From the NCBI GenBank assembly GCA_051362555.1, contig CM120640.1:25964225-26028224 (forward strand): a stretch of 64,000 nt of DNA. Reading direction: 5' to 3'. Both the position numbers and the translations under genes were made by a program. The notes below the pieces were generated by a model, which made no database searches, was not told the DNA's origin, and saw nothing but the letters and a program-made list of their open reading frames with translations. The DNA comes from Lingula anatina. Lineage: Eukaryota > Animalia > Brachiopoda. This document shows, one piece after another, positions 25,537-39,500 of this stretch; within the stretch, counting starts at the first letter, position 1; the number at the start of each line of letters is the position of its first letter.

Positions 25537-28500
25537 CTAATGGTAAGAATCAATGACAGCCTTCCATTTAGTATTTAAATCTGCTTTGCTTGTAGCCCAC
25601 AATTTATCCATAATCCTCCAGCCACTCTCTTGGGTTACTAATAAATAGGTATTTCTTTTGTCTTTCAAGTATCCATCCCATCCATAGGTCAATGACTGGG
25701 CAAGTCTAGCAGCAACACATATCCATAGTACATCCATTTCCTTGCTGGTAAGTTGACGGACCTGTAAATATCCTGCAAGAAAATGCCCACCTGCAAGCAA
25801 AGGATCAATGACTTTTGATTCTATCATCATGTATGCCATTCCAATGGCTACTTCAAAGGCGTAACAACCATAATGTGAGTCTCCAACATCAATTACGCCA
25901 CACACGTTGTAAGTAACCTCTACTTCATCTTCGGTCTGCCTTTTTCTTGTCAAAATGTTCTGCTCATTGAAATCTCCATGCACTACACCTACAAATCAAT
26001 CATACTGATGATAAATATTTTGCTAAATCATACATATGTAATCAATAAGTCTAATTTTCCATTGGAAAATTCAAATTAACCTTGCTGATAGACCAATTTA
26101 TTATATTTCCCGAATTAAGTTAGAGGATGTACTTCTGCTGTCTCCACAATTTATGCTACAAATCAATCATATTGGAAGGCCTCCCAGCCATGTAAAGCCC
26201 CAAAAATATAAGAATTAGGCCTATAAGAATTTTTTGTTAAAATATAAAAAATACTAGTCCACTTAATTATAGGAACAATATTGGAAATTTCAAACAAAAT
26301 TTATTTCTAGATTTCTTTCAAAGATTTAAATTCAAGCTGAGACTCCCATAGCTTTTGAGGTTCCCACCATTCATTTTCAATGACTATTTATTTTTCACTG
26401 ACTTTACAGCACATGTGCTGCAGCATAATTTGTCACTTTGACATTGTTGATCAACTGACAGCAATTTGTTACAGATATAACTAATCATCAATTAATTAAA
26501 TTTTCAGCAAATAACTGAAAATTCAAAAAAGTGTGTATTTCTTCCTGATTTTCTACAAATCTCAAATAAAATTGAAGCTCCTTACCTTTTGAGAGATCCA
26601 TCAAGCTATCTAATACTTCAGTCTTAAATGCATCTATAACCTCACTAATTATTCTGCGCTTTTGTTCATCTTCAAATACATGAACAAGTTCTGAAAGCTT
26701 TGGAAGATTATCCATTCTCCAGAGCAGATCCCTTTTACCATATGAGGGATGCCAAAAATCCTGAAGTGAATTGTGATAATTTTTAGTTTTCTCAGTCTGT
26801 CTGGAAAACATCAGCTGTTAAACAGGTATTCATGGACAATGTATAATATTAATTTAAACAATCCCAATTAAACATCTTCTAAAACTAGAGGATCAGAGAG
26901 GCGATACCACCTCCAGATTGTACCACCAGCTGGAGTGAGCGCATTTGTACGGAAAACCAAAAACAAGGGACACCACCACCAGTCTTGTGCTTGACAAGCT
27001 CTATAAAATGTAATCAACAAGAGTTATCAAAATATGCAAAATAAATGCAAAAAACTTAACTATTAATGGTCCAATCAAGCAGATTTTGGAATTGACCTGT
27101 ATTTTCCTAACATTGATCACTCCTGTGATTTTCTAGACAATAGACCTATTGGTTTTCTTTAAAATGTGTTATCAGTATTGCATCCATAGTATGCTGACAA
27201 AAGAAAAAACCTGGGGCCAACACTGGGCAGATCTCTGCTGGTTTTGAAGATATGAGGAGCAAGAAAATATGCTAAGTTCAGTTCTTGGTGAAAAAGTAGG
27301 TCAAAGGTCAATTTCAAGGTCACAGTATATGAGTTCCTATTCAAGTTCAATAGTTAATATGGGCATTGACAAGTTCTACAAAATAAAAAAAATAAAAGGT
27401 CTCTGGCATTTACGGTACCAGAATTAGAGAGAGTATTCAGTTTCAGTATCTGATGGCTGCCTCTCCCATGAAAATGCACTAATTGACCCCAAACTCCCAA
27501 AGATGAAAGGAGACCCTGATTGTAACCCCTCACCATAATATGAGAGCTTAGGTCTGTGCAGTTTCTGAAAATTGGTACAAACAAATATTTTTTTGCAGAA
27601 AATTCCCATTTTTAGAAAATTTTGGCCTGTTTGACCTTGAAATAAAAGGTCGAAAGTCAAATCTCAGGGCATATTTGGAATCTATACATATGAATTTCTG
27701 TCAGAATTCTGTAGTAATTTTTCCCATAATTCCTTCGGTTTGGGAGATATTTAGCATTGAATTTTCAAAAATTTTGACAAGGGTGCGTTTCAACGAGCGC
27801 CACGCCCAGGCCAATGCACCGACTGAGACAAAAATACCAGGGGGTTCAAGTTGAGATGATATGTGACCTAAATCCAAGAGATGGGGACACAGGTCCTTGC
27901 GGTCTAGGAGGAGAAGCGGTAACGGTGACTTGTATCCCACAACACCCTGCAGAGCCAACGAAGCCAACGGAGCCGGTGGAGCCGTACGAGACGGGTTGGG
28001 ACTAAAACCATGAGTACCGCCAGCGTACAAGCTGGTGGTACTAATAACAAATTAAAAAATGATAATTAAGCAGGGCAGCAAATTTCCCGAAAAATGAATG
28101 TCTAATCTGGCAAAAGCAGTAACACTAAAACAGTCTGAGAATTTAGATATATTTCCCCCTAAATTGCTATCAACTAACTGGCTTAAATGTCTGTCACACT
28201 CACCAAATCAGCTAGGGGTAAAGATAATTACCCCCCTAACAGCTTTACTATGCATGACAGACATTTAAGCTGGTCAAGTTGATGGCAATTTAGTGAGACT
28301 CCCCATGGAATTAGGTCGATCCAATATATGTGGGAATGGTCCCGTAGTGCTCATGCCTGCTCATTTTGCATTAAATTGTGGCTCAAGTCGTTAATTTGGG
28401 TGTTCATGCTAAAAAATCTGTGGCTTGAGTTTGCAAACTGCTAATCTGTTTTTTAAGGCCTGCATTGGAAGTGACCAAAGTTACCACAAATGAGAGAGAC

Positions 28501-30788
28501 ACTCAATTGTTGTCCAAAATATTTGACACTCATTGGCTCACATTGTTTATTTGTACAGATAATGTCCAACAGTTCGTAAGTGAGGCTCTTGCTACTTTTA
28601 TGAAGGGGCTGGGATTTTTCATCAGTCAACCAGACCTCAGGCCAATGGAGTGGTAAAATGCTAGAAGATAATCTCTTGCGACATTAGGAGACCGATGACA
28701 ATTAGGACAAAAAAAGTTTAATTTCCACATTTTTTATTACTTTTTCAAAAATTAAAAGTCTGAAACTTTGAACGACTTCCGCAAATTTTGCAGCTATACA
28801 TTTTGGAGACTGGCTAATGAGCTCTCTAGTTTGTTACTCATACCAACTACATCTACAGTAATTCTTTGAAGAGCTTAGACATTATCTATTATCATGAAAA
28901 GTACTTGGAAGTTTACTGACCTCTAAAGCTTTGTTCATCTCTCCACAAAGCATGCCAGCTTCAAAAAGTATTGAAGGAGTGTATGGAACTTGAAACAATA
29001 TCTTTCCAGGGACAAAGAGTAGCAAGCGGACAATATAGTAATCATATGGAATATCTGAAATCAAAAGTATGTGCCACCAGATGGAAATGTGAATGAAAGT
29101 GGGCCAATATTATACCATTAGTTTTCATCTGTAACTGTTGATACATTGATACATAAAACATTAATTATTTTTAATTATCCAGAAAATACATATATTTCAC
29201 TGGCCAGTATCATATTCAGAGTTTGTAACCTTCAGAAACAGGTGATTTAATCTGGGCTATGTTACAAGAGACTGCTGGCTTAGTCAATTTGTTTAAAGGT
29301 ACATAGCATCGGTGGAGCGAGGATTCCCAGTAACATATATAAACCACATCTATAGTTACTTATACAACTCAAATAAATTTGACATGCCAAGGGGTAAACT
29401 GAATAAATCACTCGATCAGCCATAAAAAAGCTTTAAACTGCTCCTTTCTTTAAATTTTTGGTCAGAAATTTAACCTACTTTTCTGCGCCATTGATATACA
29501 GCATAGACTGCTAGCAGAAAAATCCATTCGCATATAATTTTGGGGGTAAAATTAAACAATTGGTAATTCTCCAAGTTATACTACTAGAAACTGTATGCTG
29601 GCATTTGGTTGGCTTTTGTGGCAAAAGGTTGGCTTCATACACATCTTTAAAGCCCCAACTAAAATGTGATACAGTGTACAAATTTCCATAAAAGGCTGAT
29701 AAATTGTTCATATTTTATAATGAACTATGTGTTTGAGACCATTCCCAGAGACTATCGTACTAACTTTGGATCAAACTATCTCCAATGGGATTCTCGCTTA
29801 ATTGCAATTAACTTAAGCGGCTTAGATGTCTGCCATGCCTAATAAAGCTGATAGGGGGTAATTAATCACCGTTTAACAGCTTTAGCAGGCATGCCAGACA
29901 TCTTAGCCACATAAGCTGAAAGCAATTTAGCGAGAAACCCTGTGCGGATGGACCGATCCTGTGAAATCAATCTAGGGATGGGAACCCAGTCACAGTCTCA
30001 CAAACTACATGTACCTACATGTACTGCCTTATGTGTCAATATGTACTGTATGCACAACCTTCATTTTTCACATTGTTAACAGTCCATAATTCTGGTCCCT
30101 TTGTGTTGGTAAATATACATTATACATGACTTAATTCTGCAAAACACTAACTGCTGCACTTTCCTACAGGTTTTCCCACCTTTAGTCTCCTTGAGATTTT
30201 CATCCAATTGACTGTGCAATTTTTCTTTTGACCAATATTTTCCATGAATATTTTTTACTGGCACAGGGAATTGCATTTCCTCATCATTCACTTTAATCTT
30301 TTTACCATTTAAATGCTTCAAAAGTTCAGTTTGTCCATCTGAAATGACAAAAGGTCTTGTTTCTATGCAAAACATGGTCGAATGAAAACATGCATGTACA
30401 AAGATTTAAAGTATTTTAAAATTATATCTTTATTTATAAAATTAGTGAATTAAACCCTAGTACAAGAAAAAATTCCTGAACAACTCAACTGCTGTCATCC
30501 CATGGCTTGGAATTTGGCAATTAGTAAAAACACCCTACCCATGTGTTGAGGTTCTTCGGAATCAATGGCATTCAGTATTTTCAGAACATAACCATGGGGC
30601 CAGACTTCAGGAATGAATTGGTTGGTTGAACTTGGTTGAACGTTCACATGGAAATTCTGGTCATCATAGCTATTCATCTTATGGAGGCTGGTTGGTGTTA
30701 ATCCATACAAAGTTGTCACTAATCTTGTTGCAACTGCATCTGGTACATATGGGCGGACTATTCTCTCAGAGGGTCCTTTTTCTTCCAT
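25537..30788 (-). CDS. HYKK: Hydroxylysine kinase-like protein (APH/AGPHD1 family), paralogue B, 5 coding exons
   Basis: Exons 30788-30539, 30338-30180, 29054-28921, 26760-26586, 25988-25537, with the same exon structure as paralogue A. Canonical HGDFNEQNI and IDVGDS motifs plus SYDDQNF and YVLKILN. Probable 5'UTR exon donor at about 32808. Confidence 0.9.
26883..28043 (-). mobile_element. Full-length Helentron-associated interspersed element (HINE) in HYKK-B intron
   Basis: Read on the minus strand: 5' subTIR plus adjacent inverted repeat (28014-28041), 9-bp repeat array (about 27950-27985), 3' subTIR (plus-strand GTACCACCAGC, 26920-26930), short hairpin GAGGTG-GTAT-CGCCTC and terminal CTAGTT. 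Confidence 0.82.
28130..28343. mobile_element. Fragment of the Harbinger-related MITE family seen at 23.5 kb and 29.7 kb
   Basis: Shares TAATTACCCCC..ACAGCTTT, GACAGAC..TTAAGC and AATTTAGTGAGACTCCCCA, and ends GGGAATGGTCCC. Confidence 0.7.
29297..29650 (+). mobile_element. Repeat fragment starting TTAA|AGGTACATAG (probable Kolobok-type); empty-site counterpart of 11885-12478
   Basis: Reverse-complement similarity to the sequence flanking the MITE at 12058-12374; another partial copy lies at about 30900-31020. Confidence 0.6.
29735..29999. mobile_element. MITE of the GAGACCATTCCCAG family, uninterrupted copy
   Basis: GAGAC...GTCTC termini; collinear with 23482-24141 minus the nested insert. 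Confidence 0.78.
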
Positions 30789-33700
30789 TTCTAAACAAAG
30801 TTCAGATATGTTTAAAAGTTAATGAATCAAGCAGCTTATAATAACACTTACATTACATGTAGACATATCAAAAGCAAGTGTGGAATTCCAGAAACAAATA
30901 TATTACTTCTGCTATTTCTTATATGACTAAAATAAATTTGACATGCCAAGTCATAAACCAAATTCATTTCTCATTCACCCAAAAAATTGCTTTAAAACTG
31001 CACCTTCTTCAAATTTTAACATACCATGTACTTACTAACCAGGACTAAAACTTATTTTCTGCCAAGTGCAGAATAAAAAGGGGAGAAAGCAACTGATTCA
31101 ATTTGGTTCTAGGTCTGGATTCATGATGCTGCAGCATATTAATTGCCCCATAGGGAAACAAGACAGCCTGCCTGCAGAACTCTCTTGCCTCCCTGCATAC
31201 AAAAAAGACCAAATGACGAATAGAATTATGACCACTACGTGGGTCGTAATTAATGATTTGCAATACACAGTCTGCAACCCATTACCTTTTGGTGACCTAT
31301 GACAGATGTAGAAAACAAGTTTAATTTCAAATGGGTTCTTACTGTACTTTTGTGCAGATACAGTTTTAGTTTGGTAATGCTGAGCTGATTGGTTAAGTAG
31401 CACATGTATGGTAATTGCTGGATCTTTCCAAATGGGGGATAATTGTGAATTTTACAGTTACTGTTTTTTAAGTCATAGTTTTTTTAAGTTAGGTAACAAA
31501 ATTAGAAAGCAGGCCACTCTATAGTTCTATTCTATTTAATAAAAGCATCAAAAATGTATTATATAGAAATATAATTTTTGTGATTATAAAATTATGTATC
31601 TGAAAGTTTGATCATTTTTGCCCATTGAAAAGATGAAGTCATTTTCATTAGTACTAGTGTTTGGTAAGTCCTTACAATATTTTGTTCATATTTTACAATG
31701 CACTTCTATTTGATTCTATATTGTTTCTTCAAAGACAGCAATGTGGGGTAACAGACAAAGATATGAACACCACTGGCAATCCAGATATGAAATCTTTTTC
31801 TTGTTAACTGAAGAGTCAAGAAAATGACCAGCTGTTTCTGAATCTGATTGTGCCCATTTTCTACCTAGAGTCAATGTCTTGGTATGTTTAACCATGTAAG
31901 ATATGTACCGGTAGAGAGTTAAATTAATAAGTACATTGAGGCTGATACTGTGAGATTGCAAGAATAGTTTGGTACTGTTTTCTTGTTATGTTGCTTTTTT
32001 TAAAATAATGTCTTGTTTTGCATCACAACTGTTTGGAGGCCCAGGGGTGATATAATGACTATAGAAGCAAAATGGTATATTTCTACCATATTTCAACCAC
32101 CTTGCCATGAAGGTGTAGGGGGAACTGTTTGCCATGTTGAGACATGTTCACTTGAAAGATTACTCAACTTTACTCAGGTTGATACATCGACCTATGAATA
32201 AATAATATTTTATTGGATCTTTTCAGGGGCTTTTCCCTCTACCCCCTAAAAGATAGCATATAAATTACCCCCACCCCATGTGCACCAATCGATATCCTGG
32301 ATCCACCCAACAACCTGAGACAAACTTCATGAGCCTTCATGCACTGAAAAACAATTTCATTTCAGCATAATATCAACCCTCAGAGTAATTGTTATGGTCG
32401 CTTTACCAGATCGTCTATAAGGCGGTTAGGGCCTATAAAGGTCGTCAATTGCTCGTTATATTGCGTAACATTTAAGCCCCATGTGTAGTCACTTTGGTTA
32501 CGTTTTTTTTTATACCAGTAATTACACATATTTGGTACGTAGGTACGTAGGAGTATCATTTTACATATGTAAATTATAATAACAATTAGGCCTGCAAACC
32601 AATTAAGTTGGTCCTACTGATAGACCTACATGTACATACTGTAGGCTTATATAATATCAGAAATCGAATGCTAACGCGAGAAACTTAGTGTAAACTAGTT
32701 GAAAACAGCAACCAATCTTGATCGAGTGAATCTAACAATTAAAAGTCTTCATTTCGAAAGAAAGTTTATGCATAGGCATTTCGTAATTGGCGTTCCTGAA
32801 AACTGACCTTTCACTCGATTCCAAACTTAACCTGGTTCTTTCACCTCAAAGTGCAAGATGGGTCAAAATAAGATGTGCTGCTTTGACGGTCAAAATGTTT
32901 GGTCCCAGTACACATAAAAACACCTTTGACCCCTGGGCATGACACATAAGCTAACACACTGAAGGTGGTGATAAGATCGTAAGAGGAAATTTACATACGG
33001 CCGGTGGTCCCCAAGACGTCAAAAGGGGGCGTCTCGATAGTCCGAAGGTTCATTGGTCCGTCAAAACAGGAAGTACATGTACTACTATACACATTTGAAG
33101 ACGCTTGATTAGTTGCTAAGAATGATAAAATATAGCTAGCTAGGTTGGTTGCAGTTTAAAGAATAGAGGGAAATAAATGTTCGTATTCGTATTTCTTGTA
33201 GAATACTCAAATTCAGCAGAGAAACAGCTTTTCTTGCCCTTAATTGGCGTTGAATTCCCTGGATTGACCAAGGTCCGAAAATGCATGCAGGGCGCATGTA
33301 CTGACTTGTACTCTGCCCACAGAGTGCGCTAGTTACAAAATTTTGGAAAGCGACACAGTGTGATTAGGTATATTTTAGAGGGCCCTGGAAAGTACCCTCA
33401 AAGTTTTTGTAACAGATTACAAGCGCACCCTTTACCTATAGGCTATACTCGAGTATACAAGTACTAGCTGGTATACATGTATAGTAGTGCAACGGTCTGA
33501 TATTGTTTAGCACTGCAAAATATATATTGCGTAATGATCGAATTTACCATTTTGAGATACTTTTACATGTGTATTTTAGCACAAGAAGCAAAGTTTACTG
33601 ACTGAAGTGTAGGCATTTTACTCTTTATTTCGCCCCTAGCTGATACCATACACATACAAGTGAAATTGAAAAGCGCGCCAAAACAGGTGACGCGCGGTAC

Positions 33701-34190
33701 TGAATCTGAATAATGAAAGTCCCTTGTTCATATCCGCTGTAGAGTACCCGTATATGAGGAAGTAAACAAACGCAGAAGTAACGTTGAAGCCTTGTCGACA
33801 GATGATCACAAAATAAAGAAATCAAGGTGAAGGTATGTTTGGAAAATTTTGAATTTATTAAAAATTTGGATTTTACTCTGATCTTTAATTCCTTTTATTT
33901 TCATTTGTCCGCCCCTCGCATGGTCTCACATCCTCCCAATAGAGTCTTTTCCACGAAATCGTGAGCATGCGCAGTTCGCGCCATTTTGTGCGGGACTGTT
34001 TCTCAGGGGGAAAGAGTAGAAGGCACTGAGCAGAAGGGGCCTTCGGTACTTTTGTAGTATACCCCCCACCCTGTAACTTTCTGTAACTTTCACTTTTCAA
34101 ACAGTTTTTTACATTTTATTGTTTATCTATGTCAAAGCTGTTGAAATAAAATGCTTTTGTAATTACCTGTGGACTTTTTATTAGTGTTAA

Positions 34191-35331
34191 CAGGGGCGGA
34201 TTCAGAGTTATTTCCTGACAGTCTTCCAAATTATCTTTGTTGATCCGTTCTTCATTTTTGACTGTCTTTCGACAGAAAAAATTAGATACCCGCCAATGTA
34301 AACTTGAAAATCTGACCGTCTTCTGGAAGACCCAGAAGACGCCCTAAGGCCACACTTTTTTTATTTTATGGATGACATCCTGCGCACGCACCGATTTTCG
34401 CCCGTTCTCCAAAAAAAAAAAAAAAAAAAAAAGCCCCCCCCCTCCAGCCCCCAACAAAGTCGGTTGTGGCAAATGTTGTTATTGAATTTGCCAGGAAATG
34501 AGCTTGTTGCGCATGTGTATTTTCGCTACATGGAAATGCATCCACTTTGCCGTCAAATTCATCTCTAGGATTACTTTCAAATAACACAACAACAAAAGTC
34601 ATAAAGAGAACGGGCGCCATCGTTTTGGATTGGTATGCCATTGATATTTGGCATGGAGATATCACCTTTTTACAATTGTGCGAAAGGCTGGCGGCGGCCG
34701 AAAAATTTCTGTGACATTCTGTACAAAGCAGCACATTAATACCAGGTTTTCTGTAGCGAAAAAAGGGACGACAAGGGCGTCGAGGTATTTGGTGGGCTGA
34801 AGGTCGGACAGGCCACCTGACAGTTTGGCTGCTTCGTGTGAGTTGAAGTAGACAAAATGTCATCGTCCGAATTGACCTTTAATAGATTTGGCAGTATTAA
34901 GCATATCTTTGCATTATTTTTAAACATTTCTGTGAAGTGTTCAAAATGCTGTAATATTCTGAGAATACAAATAAAGACACACTGTTTGATTGATATTTGT
35001 TTTATTGATTGCTATACCAAATGAATTCATGAAATAACCTTAAATAGATTTGGTAATATGAAGTATATCTATTCATGACTTTTTTACATTTCTACGAAGT
35101 ATTCACAATGCTTTAATATTTTTAGAGCATGGATAAAGACATATTGTTCGTTTGATACGTGTAACTGTGGTAAAATTTGTGTTTCCAGCTGTGTACTGAC
35201 AGCATTCCTTTACTTAAGCAGTATTTTTTTTTTTTGGACGATTTTTTTTTTTCGCCCTCGCGCACCGATTTTGGGGTACCCAGAGGATGTCATCCATAAA
35301 AATAAAAAAGTGTGGCCTAAATCCGCCCCTG
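34191..35331. mobile_element. Short CAGGGGCGGAT-terminus MITE, third level of the nest
   Basis: GTTAA|CAGGGGCGGATT ... AATCCGCCCCTG|GTTAA; about 168 bp once the inner insert is removed. Confidence 0.85.
34348..35317. mobile_element. PIF/Harbinger (Tourist-like) MITE with TAA TSD, innermost level of the nest
   Basis: TAA|GGCCACACTTTTTTTATTTTATGGATGACATCCT ... AGGATGTCATCCATAAAAATAAAAAAGTGTGGCC|TAA. Confidence 0.9.
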
Positions 35332-36380
35332 GTTAATCACGTTTAATCCAGCCCATTGAAATACAAAGTTAAAATCTTCAATTTACACCCGCAGTCAATA
35401 ACTTGCCGCATTTTCGTTGGCTAACTCTAAGGTAATTTTATGTGAACAAGAAGCTCATAATAATTTCACAGAGGAAATCCAAGTATACAATGTATCAATC
35501 CTATGTTCACATAAAATAAGGTAGAGTTAGCCAACAAAAACGCAGCAAGTTATTGACTGCGGTTACATTGTAAATTTTCACATTGTATTTCAATGGGGTG
35601 GAATAAACGTGATTAAAACTAATAAAAAGACCACAGGTAATTACAAAAACATTTTATTTCAACAGCTTTGACATAGGTGCAAAAGACAATGTAAAAAATG
35701 TTTGAAAAATGAAGGTTTCAGGAAGTTACAGGGTGGGGGGTATACTTCAAAAGTACCGAATGTCCTATCTTTGCTGTCGATGAGGTAAGTTTTTAGTTCT
35801 TTCATTGAAAAGTCATCAGGTACTTCTGCTTAATTTCTATTCCAACTGCTCCCATGAATGTGTTTTCGAAAAAAATCAAGTGATAACATGTTACGAAACT
35901 TTGAAAATTCAGATTGAAATGAGCACTCCTCGATATGGCGTCCGTCGTGTACACTCCACACTTTCCCCCTGAAACTTCAAATCCCGCAAAATCTCGCGTT
36001 CCCACGGATAATTTAGCGGAAGACACGTGACCGTGGAAAAGACTCTATCTGCCTAGCTCGATCTTGCTCGGTCTTCATCAGTCTGATCAGGACCGGAGCT
36101 TTTTTCTAGAACTGTGTTAGTAACAACAGGCCAGGACAAATATAGTTGCCATAATGTGATGGCAAGAAAGGGAGGAACACAAAATCAAATTATATGCTTT
36201 TAAAAGCTATAGAAGGTAAACTGCTTCATGTTAAATCTGTTGCCATATCGGTGCATTTATACTGTAGGTACATGTATATGTTCAAATGCATTTTGTACTG
36301 AGGTCAGTCTACTTGTTCCAACCACACTTGCCTCAATTCCAAAGCCTACATTTCACGAGGTACATACTGTACGTACTTAA

Positions 36381-36409
36381 GGTAGCATGTACATACTGTA
36401 CGTGCTACC
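36381..36409. mobile_element. 29-bp minimal Kolobok-like relic / near-perfect hairpin
   Basis: TTAA|GGTAGCATGTACATACTGTACGTGCTACC|TTAA. Confidence 0.55.
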
Positions 36410-36507
36410 TTAAGTAAATGCTTATGTACAAACTGTAAGAGTACACTGGTACAGAATATTCTTTTTGGAGACATCTTTATAATTTACATACAGTATATTT
36501 ATTACAG

Positions 36508-39500
36508 ATGTTACAGATCAGGATGAAGAAATGTATTGTCAACGTTGTTATCATAGCAGGACTTCTGACAGCTGTTGCTGAATCTCGTGCACCCATACAT
36601 CTTGACCTTGCTGACTTTGAAAAAGTTGTGGTTGAAGGTACAGTATGTTTAGGGGAACTTTTACTCACAGTGACTGGCTGGAATCAGATGAATTCCATCC
36701 TTAAACATTGAAAGTAACATGGTACTTTCCACTTAAAATGAATTTGTTTACATACATGTATTTGTACAGCTCTATATCCTTGAAATAGTCATAAACCAAT
36801 TGGCGTTTGTTTTAGTCGCTGTGCATAACAACAAAATTTGGTTTACTTGTAATACGTACAGAGATGCACGTGAAGAAAACTGATGAAACTGCAGTGATGT
36901 TTCATGATGCTTCATAAATGAAGTACTGGACTTTATATCATTGTAATTGTGAAAATGTATGTTTTGAGTCTTATCTCTTTTTTAATAGACCTTTTGTACA
37001 GTAAATCTGAAGTGAAAAATTCTGGATGCAAATGTGTCAATTACAACTGTGGATGCTGTGCTCACATGGAAGTGTCCAAAATTGAATTAAATGAGACTGG
37101 TAAGTATAAATAAAATGCTTTTTTTTTTTTTTTGTACCTTGGAGTTTTACCCCAACAAAAACAACTAAAGAAAGTGACCAACATATATTGGGAGCAAAGA
37201 GGCCTAGCTTGGATAAGATGATTAATGGACATTAGATTTTACGGTATAGCTTTTTACTGATTTTTCTTCAGTGGTGGGAGGGGTCCTGTTGAAAATGGCA
37301 AAGTAAGTCTTTTTAACTTATCCTATTTTTCTGTTTTTTGATATATATAAAGAAATGTAAAACAAATTTCACCTTGGGAGTTTTCCACCAAGTACTGCCT
37401 GGACAAGTTATCAAGTACCTCCTGGCTGGCAAAAGTAACAGCAACTTGCCAGTTCAGTAAATAGCAAACAACACATTACACTACAGACTCATTTAAGGAT
37501 GTAGATAACAGGGGTAGCTATCTTCTAAACCGGCCAAGATATACCAACATGTTACATATCAATAGAAAGCTTATTTCAACAGCTCTTCATTTCATATCCT
37601 TATTTTATTATGTAATCGTTACGTAATGAGATATAATGCTTAATAGGTGTGCTCAACATGATCTTTACACCTTAAAAACTAGAAGTCCACTACAAATGGA
37701 CATGTGTAGACAGCTTGACTCATGAGCCCTCATAGGGATCAACAAGAATGTGCCTCAAATTAGCGATATGTGTTAAATTAGCAGAGATATCAAAATAAAC
37801 TTGGTTTCCAGTTCAACGAGACCCCCTAGCCTAACTAAAGCATGCCTAAGTTGAAAACGGAGCTGATGTTATGAAATCCCAGACACATACTTTCAGACAA
37901 ACCTTAGATCTAACGAATGAATACCAGCTTTCATCAGTTGAAAGTTCTAATTAATTTTGACACTGGTCTATATCGTTCTCTTGAAGCCATAAACTGAAGC
38001 AGAGAAATCAGCCTTTTAGTGCTCCCCGGAGATTCCAACGTTATATAATCAGTGAGCTGCATTGGCAAGCTGAGAAATTTAGTTATTTATACTGGTTCAG
38101 CCCTCTACTCACTGCCTATGTAACTGTCACTATGTCTTTCATCCATTTTCAACATTAATATTGAACATTTTCAACCGGAGGCCTCCTCCATGCATTGACA
38201 GCAGCCACCATGTTAGTCGTGACGTCAGCATTCTTCACCACGTGACACCTAGGGGGAGTGCCTTTGCCCATATACGTCTCATCTATATGTCTGCTTTTTA
38301 AAGCTTTAATAGATCGTCAGAATTAAGTTCACTGATAAATTCAAAATGAAAAGTATTGTTTGGCAAGTGAAAGCGCAACGTTACTCACAGAATGTGATAG
38401 GCTTAGCAGCAATCTAGTACGGGAAATATACAGCTGCACAGTGGAGCTGCCAATCAAACACATATATGGACAAGTGTGACCTACTTTAAAACTCAGACAC
38501 GCTACCACAGGGGTAAATCAGCAATTAGGCTAAAATTACGGGTTTATTTGTAAACTTCCATTATTTTAAGATAGGCTGATATATAGTTGATATTTCATCT
38601 ATCTAATACTGACAAATTCAGAAAAACACCCAAATTTTGACAATTTACTGTTATCTACATCCTTAACATGCGGGCATAAAACACAGTCTTTTATAAAGCA
38701 AACATGCGCACCTTGTAACTACTAGAATGCAACAAAAACTTTCAAGAGGCAATGCTGATGTGCAAAATGGCAGAAATAAAATGACTTGGATTTGTGTAAA
38801 ATGGATGCGTAAATAATCTAATTTGACCAAATAAACAACAAATGTGGATTCAGCATCCCACATTGTTCACTGCAACTTTCTAAAATCGTTCCCAAATTTA
38901 AGAATGAAAAGTTTTCGAGGGAACCCATGGAATGAGAGAGCCTATCTTCAAAGTCCCAAGGAAAGTATACAAAAATTAATTCATTTTTCTGATTTCCAGG
39001 GTGTGTGAATGTAAGCTATCTGCCCGACCAGTATGGTATTTCTCTAACATTCTCTTTAAATGGGCATGTGTACGTGAATGAAACCATTTCTGGTAAGTGT
39101 AGGCAAAATAGGAGTGTAATTTTATACCCTTTTAAAGTTTCAGGTCTGTCAACTGGATCAAGCTGTTTAAAAATGTTTGTAGATGAATAAATGTTAGTAG
39201 CTCACTACACTCAAGCATATGCACAACTAGTTGGCAATATTAATTAGGAAACAATGTTTTTTAACAAATGTTAACTGAATACAAATTTTTATAGATTTCT
39301 AAATATTGCTTGGTATTCATAGGGTTGTATTAAAGGCATGTTTCTGCATAAATGAATCACTAACTTGCAGAGCCGCTGATTGCCTTGATTCAGCATGATT
39401 CAGTCACATTTGCCTTTTTTCTTCTAAATGGCCTCTGAAAATGCAACTTTTGGAAGTCCTCAAGTGACATTCTGCAATTTTCCTACTCTCCTTTTTTCCA

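Larger units (their letters stand above)
34037..35765. mobile_element. Foldback (palindromic) MITE, second level of the nest
   Basis: Left arm 34037-34190 plus 35337-35450 is the reverse complement of right arm about 35500-35765 (e.g. TTCGGTACTTTTG..TATACCCCCCACCCTGTAACTT versus AAGTTACAGGGTGGGGGGTATAC..CAAAAGTACCGAA). Confidence 0.85.
33941..36046. mobile_element. Outer element of a four-level nest; AT TSD (ISL2EU-like)
   Basis: AT|AGAGTCTTTTCCACG ... CGTGGAAAAGACTCT|AT. Confidence 0.75.

Noticed and set aside
27701-28030. Pro-rich ORFs (PAEPTKPTEPVEP)
   Set aside because: Translation of the 9-bp repeat array of the HINE element.
34366-34927. 165-aa and overlapping ORFs
   Set aside because: They lie wholly within the innermost Harbinger MITE, include poly-F/poly-K from homopolymers and show no transposase motifs.
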